A DNA stretch of 64,000 nt from a virus (Duplodnaviria > Caudoviricetes): positions 1 to 64,000 of the IMG/VR virus record IMGVR_UViG_3300009768_000006, one strand, 5' to 3'. Within the stretch, counting starts at the first letter, position 1. Each line of letters starts with the position of its first letter. The notes below the pieces were generated by a model, which did not search any database, was not told where the DNA came from, and worked only from the letters and a program-made list of their open reading frames with translations. Positions 10,288 through 19,218 of the stretch are shown piece by piece. The position numbers and the translations under genes are program-made.

Positions 10288-11406
10288 TTGTTGATATGCG
10301 AATTAAGTAGCAAGCCTATGAAGTCTATGGATGCTAATAACCCTAAGCTTCTTTCAGGTATATTCACGGAACTGGATACTTGGAATCAGAATACTCGTCG
10401 ATATAAGTATCCAGTATATGAATCAGCCTATCAGAAGATAGTTAGTAAAATAAAAGAAAGGAAACTATTAGGTGAGCTAGATCATCCTATAGATTACGAT
10501 GAAGTTAGATTAAGTAATGTATCTCATGTTATAGTAGACTGTAGGATAGTAGATAGAGGTTCTATAAAAGTAGTAGAAGGTACTATAGAACTTCTAGATA
10601 CTCCTAGTGGCCTGATAGCACAAGCACTGAATAAGGCTGGTGTTCCTTTAGGTATTTCTTCTAGAGGCATGGGTGAATTGATACCTTGTAAAGAAGGAAC
10701 AGATGTAAAAGATTACACTATAATTACTTATGATCTAGTAGCAGATCCTTCTTTTGCTAATGCTTATCTGAATAAGTCTACAATGGACACACTAGATTCA
10801 GATCTTAAGTATGTAGAGAGTAAGCTACCTGTTACTGAATCTAAAGACTATGAATCGATAAGAAATACGATCAAAAGTATACGAGAATCTATCATCAATC
10901 GTCCAGAGACTTCAACTGGACCAGATGTAGATAATAAAGTAGCTAACTTAGAATCTATAGTAGAATCTCAGAAGGCTACAATAGAATCAGATACGAAGGT
11001 AATGAAAGAACATCGTACTCTCATAAAGTCAGTGAAGATGAAACTCGATGAAGCTAACAGAAAGAACTCTACTTTAACTACTGACTATAGGAAATTAAAA
11101 GAGAGTTATAATGAATTAGCTACTGAAACTGACAATTATGTAGCCCAGATATCAGAGCTTAATGAGACTATCTTAGATCTGAACAAACGGCTACTAGTTG
11201 AACGCAGAGGTCTTTCATATGACAGAGTATCTAAGATTCTAGAAGGTGCTACTGATGTGGCTAGTATAGAGAGGACCTTAGATGAATTCATTAGAGCTAG
11301 TAGGAAGACTTCTCCGATTAGCGATAAGAAATTATCTGATATTCCTATCAATGAGTCTACATCTGATGGCAAATACTCGTTATCCAGAATTATCGCAAGT
11401 GTATAA
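10288..11406 (+). CDS. Prohead core protease (T4 gp21-like) fused to a coiled-coil scaffold region
   Basis: Motifs N.N.R.Y, LGELDHP, VSH, GISSRGMG and YDLVADPS; C-terminal coiled coil. Confidence 0.9.
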   Translation: MLICELSSKPMKSMDANNPKLLSGIFTELDTWNQNTRRYKYPVYESAYQKIVSKIKERKLLGELDHPIDYDEVRLSNVSHVIVDCRIVDRGSIKVVEGTIELLDTPSGLIAQALNKAGVPLGISSRGMGELIPCKEGTDVKDYTIITYDLVADPSFANAYLNKSTMDTLDSDLKYVESKLPVTESKDYESIRNTIKSIRESIINRPETSTGPDVDNKVANLESIVESQKATIESDTKVMKEHRTLIKSVKMKLDEANRKNSTLTTDYRKLKESYNELATETDNYVAQISELNETILDLNKRLLVERRGLSYDRVSKILEGATDVASIERTLDEFIRASRKTSPISDKKLSDIPINESTSDGKYSLSRIIASV

Positions 11407-11421
11407 GTTATAAATATAGGA

Positions 11422-12891
11422 GTGACATATATGAAGTTCGAATCTAATAATAAGCGCCTTGCTGAAGGCGTCATCTCTAGAGGCCTATCTCTTGCTGAGT
11501 CCCGGAGATGGAAGGACTTTACTGTAAGCATTAAAGAAGGCTACAAGGAAAAGTACAAGACTAGTATTCCTGAGAATATCGTTTCTACGACAGCTATTCT
11601 GCTTGAGAATACTTACGACTATGTGAAGCGTATGGACGAAACTACTCGTGTTGTTAACATGGGTTCTTTCGTTGACTACGGGTTTGACGTTATCTCAGCT
11701 ACAGTTCCTAATCTAGTAGCCCATGAGGTCGTATCTGTTCAGCCTATGAATGCCCAGCATGCTGCTATCTTCTATCTCCAGTATCTCGCTGGTAACTCGA
11801 AGGGTGGCCTTGCAGCTGGTACTGCTCTCAACTCTCCTTTCACTGGAGTTGCAGATAACGTCAACTTCTCTAATGAAGTAGTAAGCGGTGAAGTAGTTGG
11901 TACTGGTGATGCTACTGAAGTCGAGTTCACTACCTCCTTAGCTTATACTCCTATCAAGCCTGGTACTGTGGTCATCACTGCTGGCTCTATCATTGCAGCT
12001 GATGATGGTGAAGGTGGATTCACTGGTACTGGCATTGTAGTCGCTGATAGTGAGATAGACTATAATGAAGGTACTGTCACCATCAAGTTCAGTACTGCTC
12101 CTGCAGCTGCTGCTAGTATTATAGCGGATTACCGTTATGATATGAACCTCACTACTGTTGGTTACTCTCAGGTGGATCTGGACCTCCAGTCTGTTGGTAT
12201 TGAAGCTCATCCTCGTAAGCTCAGATCCCGCTGGTTACTGGATGCTGCCTTCGAGCTGCAGAAGATGAAGGGCATAGATGCTGAAGCAGAGCTCGTCAAG
12301 GCTATGAGCTCTGAGATCAAGTACGAGACTGACGGTGAGATTCTTAGAGAGATCTATAAGTTAGCTGGTAATACTGGCTTCACTTGGAGTTGCCAGAATC
12401 CTACTAGCTCACTGAGCTACATGGAGTACAAGCGTACTCTCATCGACGTCTTCGTTGAAGCTAGCAATAAGATCTTCACGCAGACTAAGAGGGTGGGCGC
12501 TAACTTCATCGTCGCTGGCGTCAACGTCTGTAACATCATCGAAACTCTGCCTGAATTCGTTGCTGACAGTATCGGCACTAAGCAGATCAATGGTCCTCAT
12601 TACATTGGTATGCTAGCTGGTAAGTGGAAGGTTTACAAGAATCCTTTCTATAACGAGAATCAGTTCGTGCTAGGCTACAAGGGTAACAGCTGGCTGGATG
12701 CTGGATTCGTCTATGCTCCTTACATGCCTCTTTACACTACGCCTACTCAGGTAATGGACGATTTCGTCTTCAGGAAGGGCCTTGCTACTTCTTATGGTCA
12801 GGTAATGCTGAATAATAAGCTGTATGCTAAGGGATCTATCACTGACTTCTCTGCGACTCGTATGGTTCCTGCTGCTGTAGAAGAGGCCTAA
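11422..12891 (+). CDS. Major capsid protein (T4 gp23-like)
   Basis: VSVQPM, RKLRSRW, GIDAEAEL, GYKG...DAGFVYAPYMPL. Higher GC and optimal-looking codons. Start may be ATG 11431. Confidence 0.93.
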   Translation: MTYMKFESNNKRLAEGVISRGLSLAESRRWKDFTVSIKEGYKEKYKTSIPENIVSTTAILLENTYDYVKRMDETTRVVNMGSFVDYGFDVISATVPNLVAHEVVSVQPMNAQHAAIFYLQYLAGNSKGGLAAGTALNSPFTGVADNVNFSNEVVSGEVVGTGDATEVEFTTSLAYTPIKPGTVVITAGSIIAADDGEGGFTGTGIVVADSEIDYNEGTVTIKFSTAPAAAASIIADYRYDMNLTTVGYSQVDLDLQSVGIEAHPRKLRSRWLLDAAFELQKMKGIDAEAELVKAMSSEIKYETDGEILREIYKLAGNTGFTWSCQNPTSSLSYMEYKRTLIDVFVEASNKIFTQTKRVGANFIVAGVNVCNIIETLPEFVADSIGTKQINGPHYIGMLAGKWKVYKNPFYNENQFVLGYKGNSWLDAGFVYAPYMPLYTTPTQVMDDFVFRKGLATSYGQVMLNNKLYAKGSITDFSATRMVPAAVEEA

Positions 12892-12912
12892 GAATCTCGT
12901 TAACTGACATCC

Positions 12913-12941
12913 TATGAGGGAGGGGAAATCCCTCCCTCATA
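12913..12941 (+). terminator. Strong hairpin downstream of the major capsid gene (terminator or mRNA stabiliser)
   Basis: TATGAGGGAGGGG-AAA-TCCCTCCCTCATA, 13-bp stem with no U-tract. Confidence 0.65.
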
Positions 12942-12962
12942 TAATATAAGAAAGGAGCTTCT

Positions 12963-13655
12963 ATGATAGTATCTGATTTAGTAGAAGAGATAAAAGTAGA
13001 TCTAGGATCTGATGTCAATTCATTAGGTATCAGTGATAGTTCTATAGAGATGAAGATAGAAGAAGCTCTAAGAAAAATAAGTGTGTATGCTCCATACATA
13101 GAGATAGGACAATTCGACGTAGTCAACAATACAGTAGAATTACCTGTAGATACTATCATGGTAGCTGAGATATTAACTACTCCAGGTATTGTTAAAGATC
13201 AGCATAATATGGAGCTAGACACTGACTTATTCTCCGCTAGTAGATACTTATACAACTATAATGATCTATCAGATCCTTTCATATATCTCATGCAAAGAAA
13301 TTCACTGAATACGATAAAGAATTTCGTTAGCATGTCAGACTATACCTTTAACAGGTCTACAAGAAAATTATACTTCGCTAACTTCAATAGCAATAAAGTA
13401 ACAGTCAAGTATCTTCGTAAATACAGAACTGTTGATGAGATAATAGATGATGATATCCTTCAGAGAGTAAAAGAGTATGCATTAGCTCTATGTAAGATCA
13501 TCGAAGGTAATATAAGAAGGAAGCTATCCAATGCTCCTGGCGCCATTCCTATGGATGGTGATAGCTTAGTCAGTGAAGGATTAGGAGAGAAAGCTTCTAT
13601 AGAAGAGAAACTCATAAGAGAATTCAGAAATCTAAGATTTGGTAGGAGATCATAA
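12963..13655 (+). CDS. Neck/head-completion protein (gp13-like)
   Basis: C-terminal VKEYALALCKIIEG.IRRK...IPMDGDSL..EG motif typical of T4 gp13-like proteins; follows the capsid gene. Confidence 0.75.
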   Translation: MIVSDLVEEIKVDLGSDVNSLGISDSSIEMKIEEALRKISVYAPYIEIGQFDVVNNTVELPVDTIMVAEILTTPGIVKDQHNMELDTDLFSASRYLYNYNDLSDPFIYLMQRNSLNTIKNFVSMSDYTFNRSTRKLYFANFNSNKVTVKYLRKYRTVDEIIDDDILQRVKEYALALCKIIEGNIRRKLSNAPGAIPMDGDSLVSEGLGEKASIEEKLIREFRNLRFGRRS

Positions 13656-14140
13656 TGAATAGATATGATGAACTCACCAGACAAGATTTAGTATCTGATA
13701 CTGAGAATAAAGTCAAGAAAAGATCTAACTTTGTAGGAGCTCCTAAATATATAGGGATTACTAAAGATTATACTGTAAAATTGCATGTAAGATCTGCTAC
13801 TAAATATACTCACTCTTATGTAGTGAGTATAAACCTAACTGAGTATGCAGATATAGCAGATGATGAAGATATGACTGTCAAAGATAAAGTCTTATTGAGT
13901 CTAGCAGGAGATCTTAAAATAGGATGTGAATGTCCTGCATTCTTATATTGGGGATATAAATATATAACTACTGAATTAGATGTCAATGCTATAGATCCTG
14001 AATCTAGGTTCCCTAAGATAAGGAATCCTAAATTAGATGGTGTGATGTGTAAGCATTGCTACAAGGCTATAACTAAGTTTGGTAGTCTATGGAGTAGCAT
14101 AGCTAAAGATATATTACATGAGAACTTCGTGGAGGATTAA
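13655..14140 (+). CDS. SWIM-type zinc-finger-like protein
   Basis: CECPAFLYWG...CKHC pattern (CxC...CxH). Confidence 0.6.
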   Translation: MNRYDELTRQDLVSDTENKVKKRSNFVGAPKYIGITKDYTVKLHVRSATKYTHSYVVSINLTEYADIADDEDMTVKDKVLLSLAGDLKIGCECPAFLYWGYKYITTELDVNAIDPESRFPKIRNPKLDGVMCKHCYKAITKFGSLWSSIAKDILHENFVED

Positions 14141-14143
14141 TCT

Positions 14144-14620
14144 ATGATATTACAGATGACAGATAGAGAAACTAGATATCATAGACTACAGTACTATGAG
14201 CTACTCAAGGTACATGGTATAGAAGCTACAATAACTCCTATCAAAAGAGATAACCATGAGGAAGCATATAACTTCTATAGCGATGTAGATGATCCTGTCA
14301 CATCTTATAATGAATCTTTTAACACTTGGGTAGCTTATAATGAACGGCCTAACATCAAAACTCTAAAGGCTCTCGGTTGGTACATAGAAACTGATCAATA
14401 TCCTATCTTAATAACTCTACCAGTAGCATATATGGATGTAGATGGAGTTATGAAGGAATTCGCTCCTGTAGTAGATGATAAGATTAGCATAACAGTTAAT
14501 CCTATAGATAACAATTCTAGTACTAGAGATTTCCTGATAACTGATTTCCAAGGGCAAGGATTTCCTAATGTAATATATCATGTATGTAAAGTAGTTCCTT
14601 ATAGAGTGGATAGTAAGTAG
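14144..14620 (+). CDS. Putative neck/head-tail protein (gp14-like)
   Basis: Synteny and size only. Confidence 0.45.
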   Translation: MILQMTDRETRYHRLQYYELLKVHGIEATITPIKRDNHEEAYNFYSDVDDPVTSYNESFNTWVAYNERPNIKTLKALGWYIETDQYPILITLPVAYMDVDGVMKEFAPVVDDKISITVNPIDNNSSTRDFLITDFQGQGFPNVIYHVCKVVPYRVDSK

Positions 14621-15100
14621 ATGCTAAAATATAGAATAGATATAAAATATGTCATATACAAGAATCTAGGAGTCAATCATAAGGAACTATCAGAGGAAGA
14701 TAAGAATAATATCCTGATAGATTTTACTAGATATGTAAGATCACTCTATGTAGAAATGATAGCTGAAAAATTCAGTGATAGATATTACAGAGAGAACTGG
14801 ATTATAGAAAGTAAAGAGTTATTATCTAAGTTGAAGATAGATAATGTAGAAAGATTACCTATTGTATTGATGAATAACATATCTACAGAATATGCCTATG
14901 AATCATCATCTGTAGGTATAGATAAAGAAATTATGTATCCTAATAGTGATGTACCTCTGCATATAATAGTAGCTATGGTAGAAGAAGGTACTAGTAAGAC
15001 TAGATCCAGAAGATTAGTTACTACTATAATAAATCAGATAAAGAATAACTTGAAGACTTATTATTTAGGATATCTAACAATGAAAGGATATATAGTATGA
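14621..15100 (+). CDS. Hypothetical virion morphogenesis protein
   Basis: ORF in the neck region. Confidence 0.5.
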   Translation: MLKYRIDIKYVIYKNLGVNHKELSEEDKNNILIDFTRYVRSLYVEMIAEKFSDRYYRENWIIESKELLSKLKIDNVERLPIVLMNNISTEYAYESSSVGIDKEIMYPNSDVPLHIIVAMVEEGTSKTRSRRLVTTIINQIKNNLKTYYLGYLTMKGYIV

Positions 15101-15687
15101 CAGATATAGAAATATATGATAGAGCAGTCTATAGTTACCTGTATACTATATCAGATAAAATAGTATATGCTACTACGGAGAATGCTAAAAGATCTATAGC
15201 GAAGAATCCTGAATATGCTGATAGCAAGCCATGGAGTTTCATATCATATTGTAGGGATAATCAATTTAATATAGATTGGAGTTTGATGAATAAACCTGCT
15301 GCATTGATAGGTGACTTCACTAAGATGAGATCGATTGATGGTAATCGTGTAGCTACTTATGTACACAACATACCGGTTACTTTAGTTTATTATGTAGATA
15401 TATGGGCTTCTACTAATCCTCGTGTACAAGAATTAGCTATAGATCTCATATCTAAACTCTACATGAAAGAACAAGTATTAGTAGCTCCTATGAATCCTGA
15501 TGGTGAGGGAGGCCGATTCAATTTCAGTAATATAACTTGGAGAGATAATTCAGATATAGAAAGAGAAGTTGATATAGGTAGGATATACAGACATACTATA
15601 TCATTTGAGATAGATTCTAGGATAAAACTAGTGAGAGAAATGGATACTACAGAGATAACATGTATCCCTGTAAATATATATGAATAA
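15097..15687 (+). CDS. Putative tail terminator/sheath stabiliser (gp15-like)
   Basis: PV.L.Y.VDIWA and RIYRHTISF patterns; position upstream of the sheath gene. Confidence 0.55.
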   Translation: MTDIEIYDRAVYSYLYTISDKIVYATTENAKRSIAKNPEYADSKPWSFISYCRDNQFNIDWSLMNKPAALIGDFTKMRSIDGNRVATYVHNIPVTLVYYVDIWASTNPRVQELAIDLISKLYMKEQVLVAPMNPDGEGGRFNFSNITWRDNSDIEREVDIGRIYRHTISFEIDSRIKLVREMDTTEITCIPVNIYE

Positions 15688-15698
15688 GGAGAAAATCT

Positions 15699-16091
15699 AT
15701 GCGGAAGATCATTAACAATACAAATTCAGATGGTGTCATTATAGTAAAGCCTAGAGGATCAACTATAGAATATGAAATTATAGTAAAAGCTCACAGCTAC
15801 ACTGAGCTTGATGATTCATTAATCCTGCTGAAGAATAGAATAACTAATGAAGTAACTCCTAAAATACTCACTGAGGAACTCTCTAAGTCTACTATAGAAA
15901 TAACAGAGGATCCTGTAATTAATGAGGAAGCTCCTAAGTATCCTGATGATGAGGCTCCTATGTATCAGCATACGCCTATCGTAGAAGAGAATAAACCTAC
16001 TGAACCTGATGATTATATATGTAGTATATGTGGATCTCAGTTCGCATCAGCTAGAGGTCTTAATATGCATATGAAGTCTCATAAAGAATAA
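15699..16091 (+). CDS. Small protein with a C-terminal classical C2H2 zinc finger
   Basis: YICSICGSQFASARGLNMHMKSH. Confidence 0.75.
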   Translation: MRKIINNTNSDGVIIVKPRGSTIEYEIIVKAHSYTELDDSLILLKNRITNEVTPKILTEELSKSTIEITEDPVINEEAPKYPDDEAPMYQHTPIVEENKPTEPDDYICSICGSQFASARGLNMHMKSHKE

Positions 16092-16106
16092 TAAGGAGGT
16101 AACAAG

Positions 16107-17576
16107 ATGAAGATAGGTCCTTATGCTATAGAACAGAATTATTCACAGTATGCAGCTAGTGCTTCTAATACTATTTTAGCTATTATAGGTACTGCTACTA
16201 AAGGCCCTCTGAATCATGTGGAAATCTGCACTAGTACTCAAGATAGGCTGAATAAATTTGGTAAATTAAATCCTGATTGCTTAGGACTGTATGCAGCTCA
16301 GTACTTCTTGAGTCAGGCGTCTAAACTATACTATATCAGAGTAGCATCTGATTCAGCTGCTGAAGCTACTGTTGTTGTGAAGGGTTTGAATTCATCTGAT
16401 GTAGAGGTATCAGATGCACTATCACTGAAAGCTCTAGAACCTGGTACCTATATGAATGGTAGCTACGTAGTTATTACAGCAGGTACAGAGGAAGACACAT
16501 TTACTATAACAGTCAAAAATGCTAATAACATAACTCTAGAAACTATAAAGAATATCGAATTCGATGATTTAGTAGTAGGATACAAGTCAGCCTACTTTGA
16601 AGTTTCTGCTGCATCTCTTGTAGCTGTTTCATTATCTGCAGGGACTTACACTTTTGCAGGTGGCAATGATGGTCTAGAAGATATAGATAGTAATGCATAT
16701 ATAAATGCACTAGAGCTGCTAGTACCCGAATCTATTGATGCTAATCTGCTAGCCATTCCAGGTGTATCTGATCCTGAGGTAATAGAAGCTGGACTTACAT
16801 TCGCTCAGACTAGAGGAGACATATTCTACCTTGTAGATCCTCCTCAAGGCCTAACTAGAGACGGTGTAGTTGCATGGCATAATGGTGGAGAAGATTATGT
16901 ACACACGAAGTTTAACTCCAGCTATGGTGGACTTTATTATCCTTGGGTGCAGATTTATGATACTGTAAGTAGATCTTACCAGTATGTACCTCCTAGCACT
17001 GTGGTAGCTCCTTCTATCGCTTATAGTGATAGAATAAGTGAGCTATGGTACGCTCCTGCAGGTCTGAATAGAGGCATTATCAGAGGAGCGATAGGTGTAG
17101 AGGAGAAATTATCTGCTGCAGATGTTGAACTACTGTACAGTGAAGATAATAATATAAACTGCATCTACAATGATCCTCAGGTAGGCTTGGTAATATGGGG
17201 TCAGAAAACTCTAGATAGAGTAGATAGTGCGCTGAATAGAGTTAATGTAAGGAGACTTTTAAATTACCTAAAGAGAGTAGTAGTAGCAGCTTGCAGGACT
17301 CTCACATTTGATCCTAATGACTATATAACTTGGAATAGCTTCGAGCTATTAGTAGATCCTATTCTGCGCAGCATTAAGTCTAGACGTGGTGTCTATGAGT
17401 ATAGTATAGTGAAAGGTGAGCGCATAGTTACTGATAATGATATCGATAACTATAGGATGCCTTGTATGGTTCTCATCAGACCTACGAAAGCTGCTGAAAC
17501 TATTCCAATCTACTTCGCTATCACTAGTACTGGAGCTGATTTCAATGATGTACTAGACACGATAGGGTTAGAATAA
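16107..17576 (+). CDS. Tail sheath protein
   Basis: GTATKGP, YYPWV, WYAPAGLNRG, WGQKTL, RVNVRRL and TFDPND. Confidence 0.95.
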   Translation: MKIGPYAIEQNYSQYAASASNTILAIIGTATKGPLNHVEICTSTQDRLNKFGKLNPDCLGLYAAQYFLSQASKLYYIRVASDSAAEATVVVKGLNSSDVEVSDALSLKALEPGTYMNGSYVVITAGTEEDTFTITVKNANNITLETIKNIEFDDLVVGYKSAYFEVSAASLVAVSLSAGTYTFAGGNDGLEDIDSNAYINALELLVPESIDANLLAIPGVSDPEVIEAGLTFAQTRGDIFYLVDPPQGLTRDGVVAWHNGGEDYVHTKFNSSYGGLYYPWVQIYDTVSRSYQYVPPSTVVAPSIAYSDRISELWYAPAGLNRGIIRGAIGVEEKLSAADVELLYSEDNNINCIYNDPQVGLVIWGQKTLDRVDSALNRVNVRRLLNYLKRVVVAACRTLTFDPNDYITWNSFELLVDPILRSIKSRRGVYEYSIVKGERIVTDNDIDNYRMPCMVLIRPTKAAETIPIYFAITSTGADFNDVLDTIGLE

Positions 17577-17597
17577 GGACAAGAAGGAGGATAAGAT

Positions 17598-18131
17598 ATG
17601 GCTATTATAGAAACTTTAGGAGCTTCTCATCTAGCTACGGAGCATTGGGATGTTCAGCGTACCAATAACTTCCAGATTCAGATAGAAGGAGTCACTCCAG
17701 AAACTCGTACTCTAATACTATCAATAGCAAGTGGATTCTTACCTACTGAATCCAATGAAGTTATTAATCTTTCGTATGGTAACACTACAGTTACTGTTGC
17801 AGGTGCTATTAACTTCCACGGATCTGGTTCATTAGTAATCAGAGATATAGTAGAAAAGGATATAGAAGGTGCTATAGATACTTGGAGATCTAAAGTAGCT
17901 GATAAGGAGACTGATGCTGTCCATCTAGTGCATAACTATAAGATGGCAGGTAAAATAATCCAGTATGCATCTGATGGTACCATGATAAGGACATGGGATG
18001 TAGAAGGATTATGGCCTTCTGCTGTAGACTATGGTCAGCTTAGTTATGAAGGTAGTTCTGTTAAGACTATTAGTGTAACTCTTCAGTATGACAAGTGTAG
18101 GATCAACAGGAAAGACTTTAACTTAAAGTAA
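17598..18131 (+). CDS. Tail tube protein (gp19-like)
   Basis: Follows the sheath gene; R.NNF, W...GLWPS.V..G.LSY and VTLQYD. Confidence 0.88.
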   Translation: MAIIETLGASHLATEHWDVQRTNNFQIQIEGVTPETRTLILSIASGFLPTESNEVINLSYGNTTVTVAGAINFHGSGSLVIRDIVEKDIEGAIDTWRSKVADKETDAVHLVHNYKMAGKIIQYASDGTMIRTWDVEGLWPSAVDYGQLSYEGSSVKTISVTLQYDKCRINRKDFNLK

Positions 18132-18149
18132 TAAATACTATATAACATT

Positions 18150-18187
18150 ATAACTCTAGATAGGATTATTCTATCTAGAGTTATTTT
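18150..18187 (+). terminator. Rho-independent terminator after the tail tube gene
   Basis: ATAACTCTAGATAGGA-TTA-TTCTATCTAGAGTTAT-TTT. Confidence 0.75.
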
Positions 18188-18267
18188 ATAGTATAGTACT
18201 TATCTAAATATCTAATATATCTCGATGCATTACTTATATTGTATCAATCTGGTGGAGGTGTATAGTT

Positions 18268-19029
18268 TTGGAGGCTATTTATCAACATGAATTCATATTA
18301 CCGTCATTAGGTAAGTATAACCCGGAAATCCCTGGAGGTAAGATAGTGCAGAGATGCATGATGCTCAAAGATCAACTATCTCTAAGAGGATCTAATGCTC
18401 CTGCTACAGAGAAACTTAATCAATTGATACAGAAGACTACTATAAGCCCTGAAGGTTTTGATGTATATAAATTGACTATACCTGATCTAATCTTCATGAT
18501 ATTCAAGCTCAGGATTATATCAAGAGGATCTTCCTACAATGTAAGCACTAAATGTCCTCTATGCAGTAATTCTATAGTAGCTGATATAGATTTATCTAAT
18601 CTCAATGTAGCTTATGTAGATTCAGAAGATGCAGAGGATAAGTATGTAACATTACCACATAGAGGAGATAAAGTTTATCTGCGTAGGACTACTGTAAGAG
18701 ATCTAGATGATATACAGAAAACTATCAAAAAACGTAAATCTCCTGCTATGGATGAAGGTAGTTTGAAATATCTATTTGACATAGTGTATTCAATAGATAG
18801 GATAGAGTTAGACAAACCTAATGCTGATGGTAAACGTACTCTAAAAAATCTAATAGATATAGAGATTTACGTTATGGAGTTGACAGACTTAGATGCCAGC
18901 ACCATACTAGATGGAGTGAATGATACTAAAATATATGGTGTATCAGATGAGCTAGCATACGAGTGTCCTAATTGTCGAGGAGAAATTATGATACCTATCA
19001 CTTATGCAGCTGAATTTTTTCGTAGATAA
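18268..19029 (+). CDS. Baseplate hub/tail assembly chaperone (T4 gp26-like)
   Basis: LPS.G, D...M...LRIISRG, two CxxC pairs and a C-terminal EFF; lies between tube and tape measure. Confidence 0.75.
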   Translation: MEAIYQHEFILPSLGKYNPEIPGGKIVQRCMMLKDQLSLRGSNAPATEKLNQLIQKTTISPEGFDVYKLTIPDLIFMIFKLRIISRGSSYNVSTKCPLCSNSIVADIDLSNLNVAYVDSEDAEDKYVTLPHRGDKVYLRRTTVRDLDDIQKTIKKRKSPAMDEGSLKYLFDIVYSIDRIELDKPNADGKRTLKNLIDIEIYVMELTDLDASTILDGVNDTKIYGVSDELAYECPNCRGEIMIPITYAAEFFRR

Positions 19030-19207
19030 GTTACTTAGCGAAGATATAGATATTATACTGAAGAATAAATATTTGATGATGGAACTGCTCCATATTCAGC
19101 CTAGTGAACTGGATAATCTAAGTACCTACGAATATTATAGTTATATAAAAATAGCTAATAAGCTTAATGAAGAGAGAAGCCAGCAAAATCCTCTAAATAG
19201 GAAGTAG
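19004..19207 (+). CDS. gp51-like small tail/baseplate assembly protein, probably also made as a frameshift extension of 18268..19029
   Basis: YLM..L...PSELDNL..YE pattern; overlaps the upstream gene at a T6 run; no clear RBS. Confidence 0.55.
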   Translation: MQLNFFVDKLLSEDIDIILKNKYLMMELLHIQPSELDNLSTYEYYSYIKIANKLNEERSQQNPLNRK

Positions 19208-19218
19208 GATAGATAATT

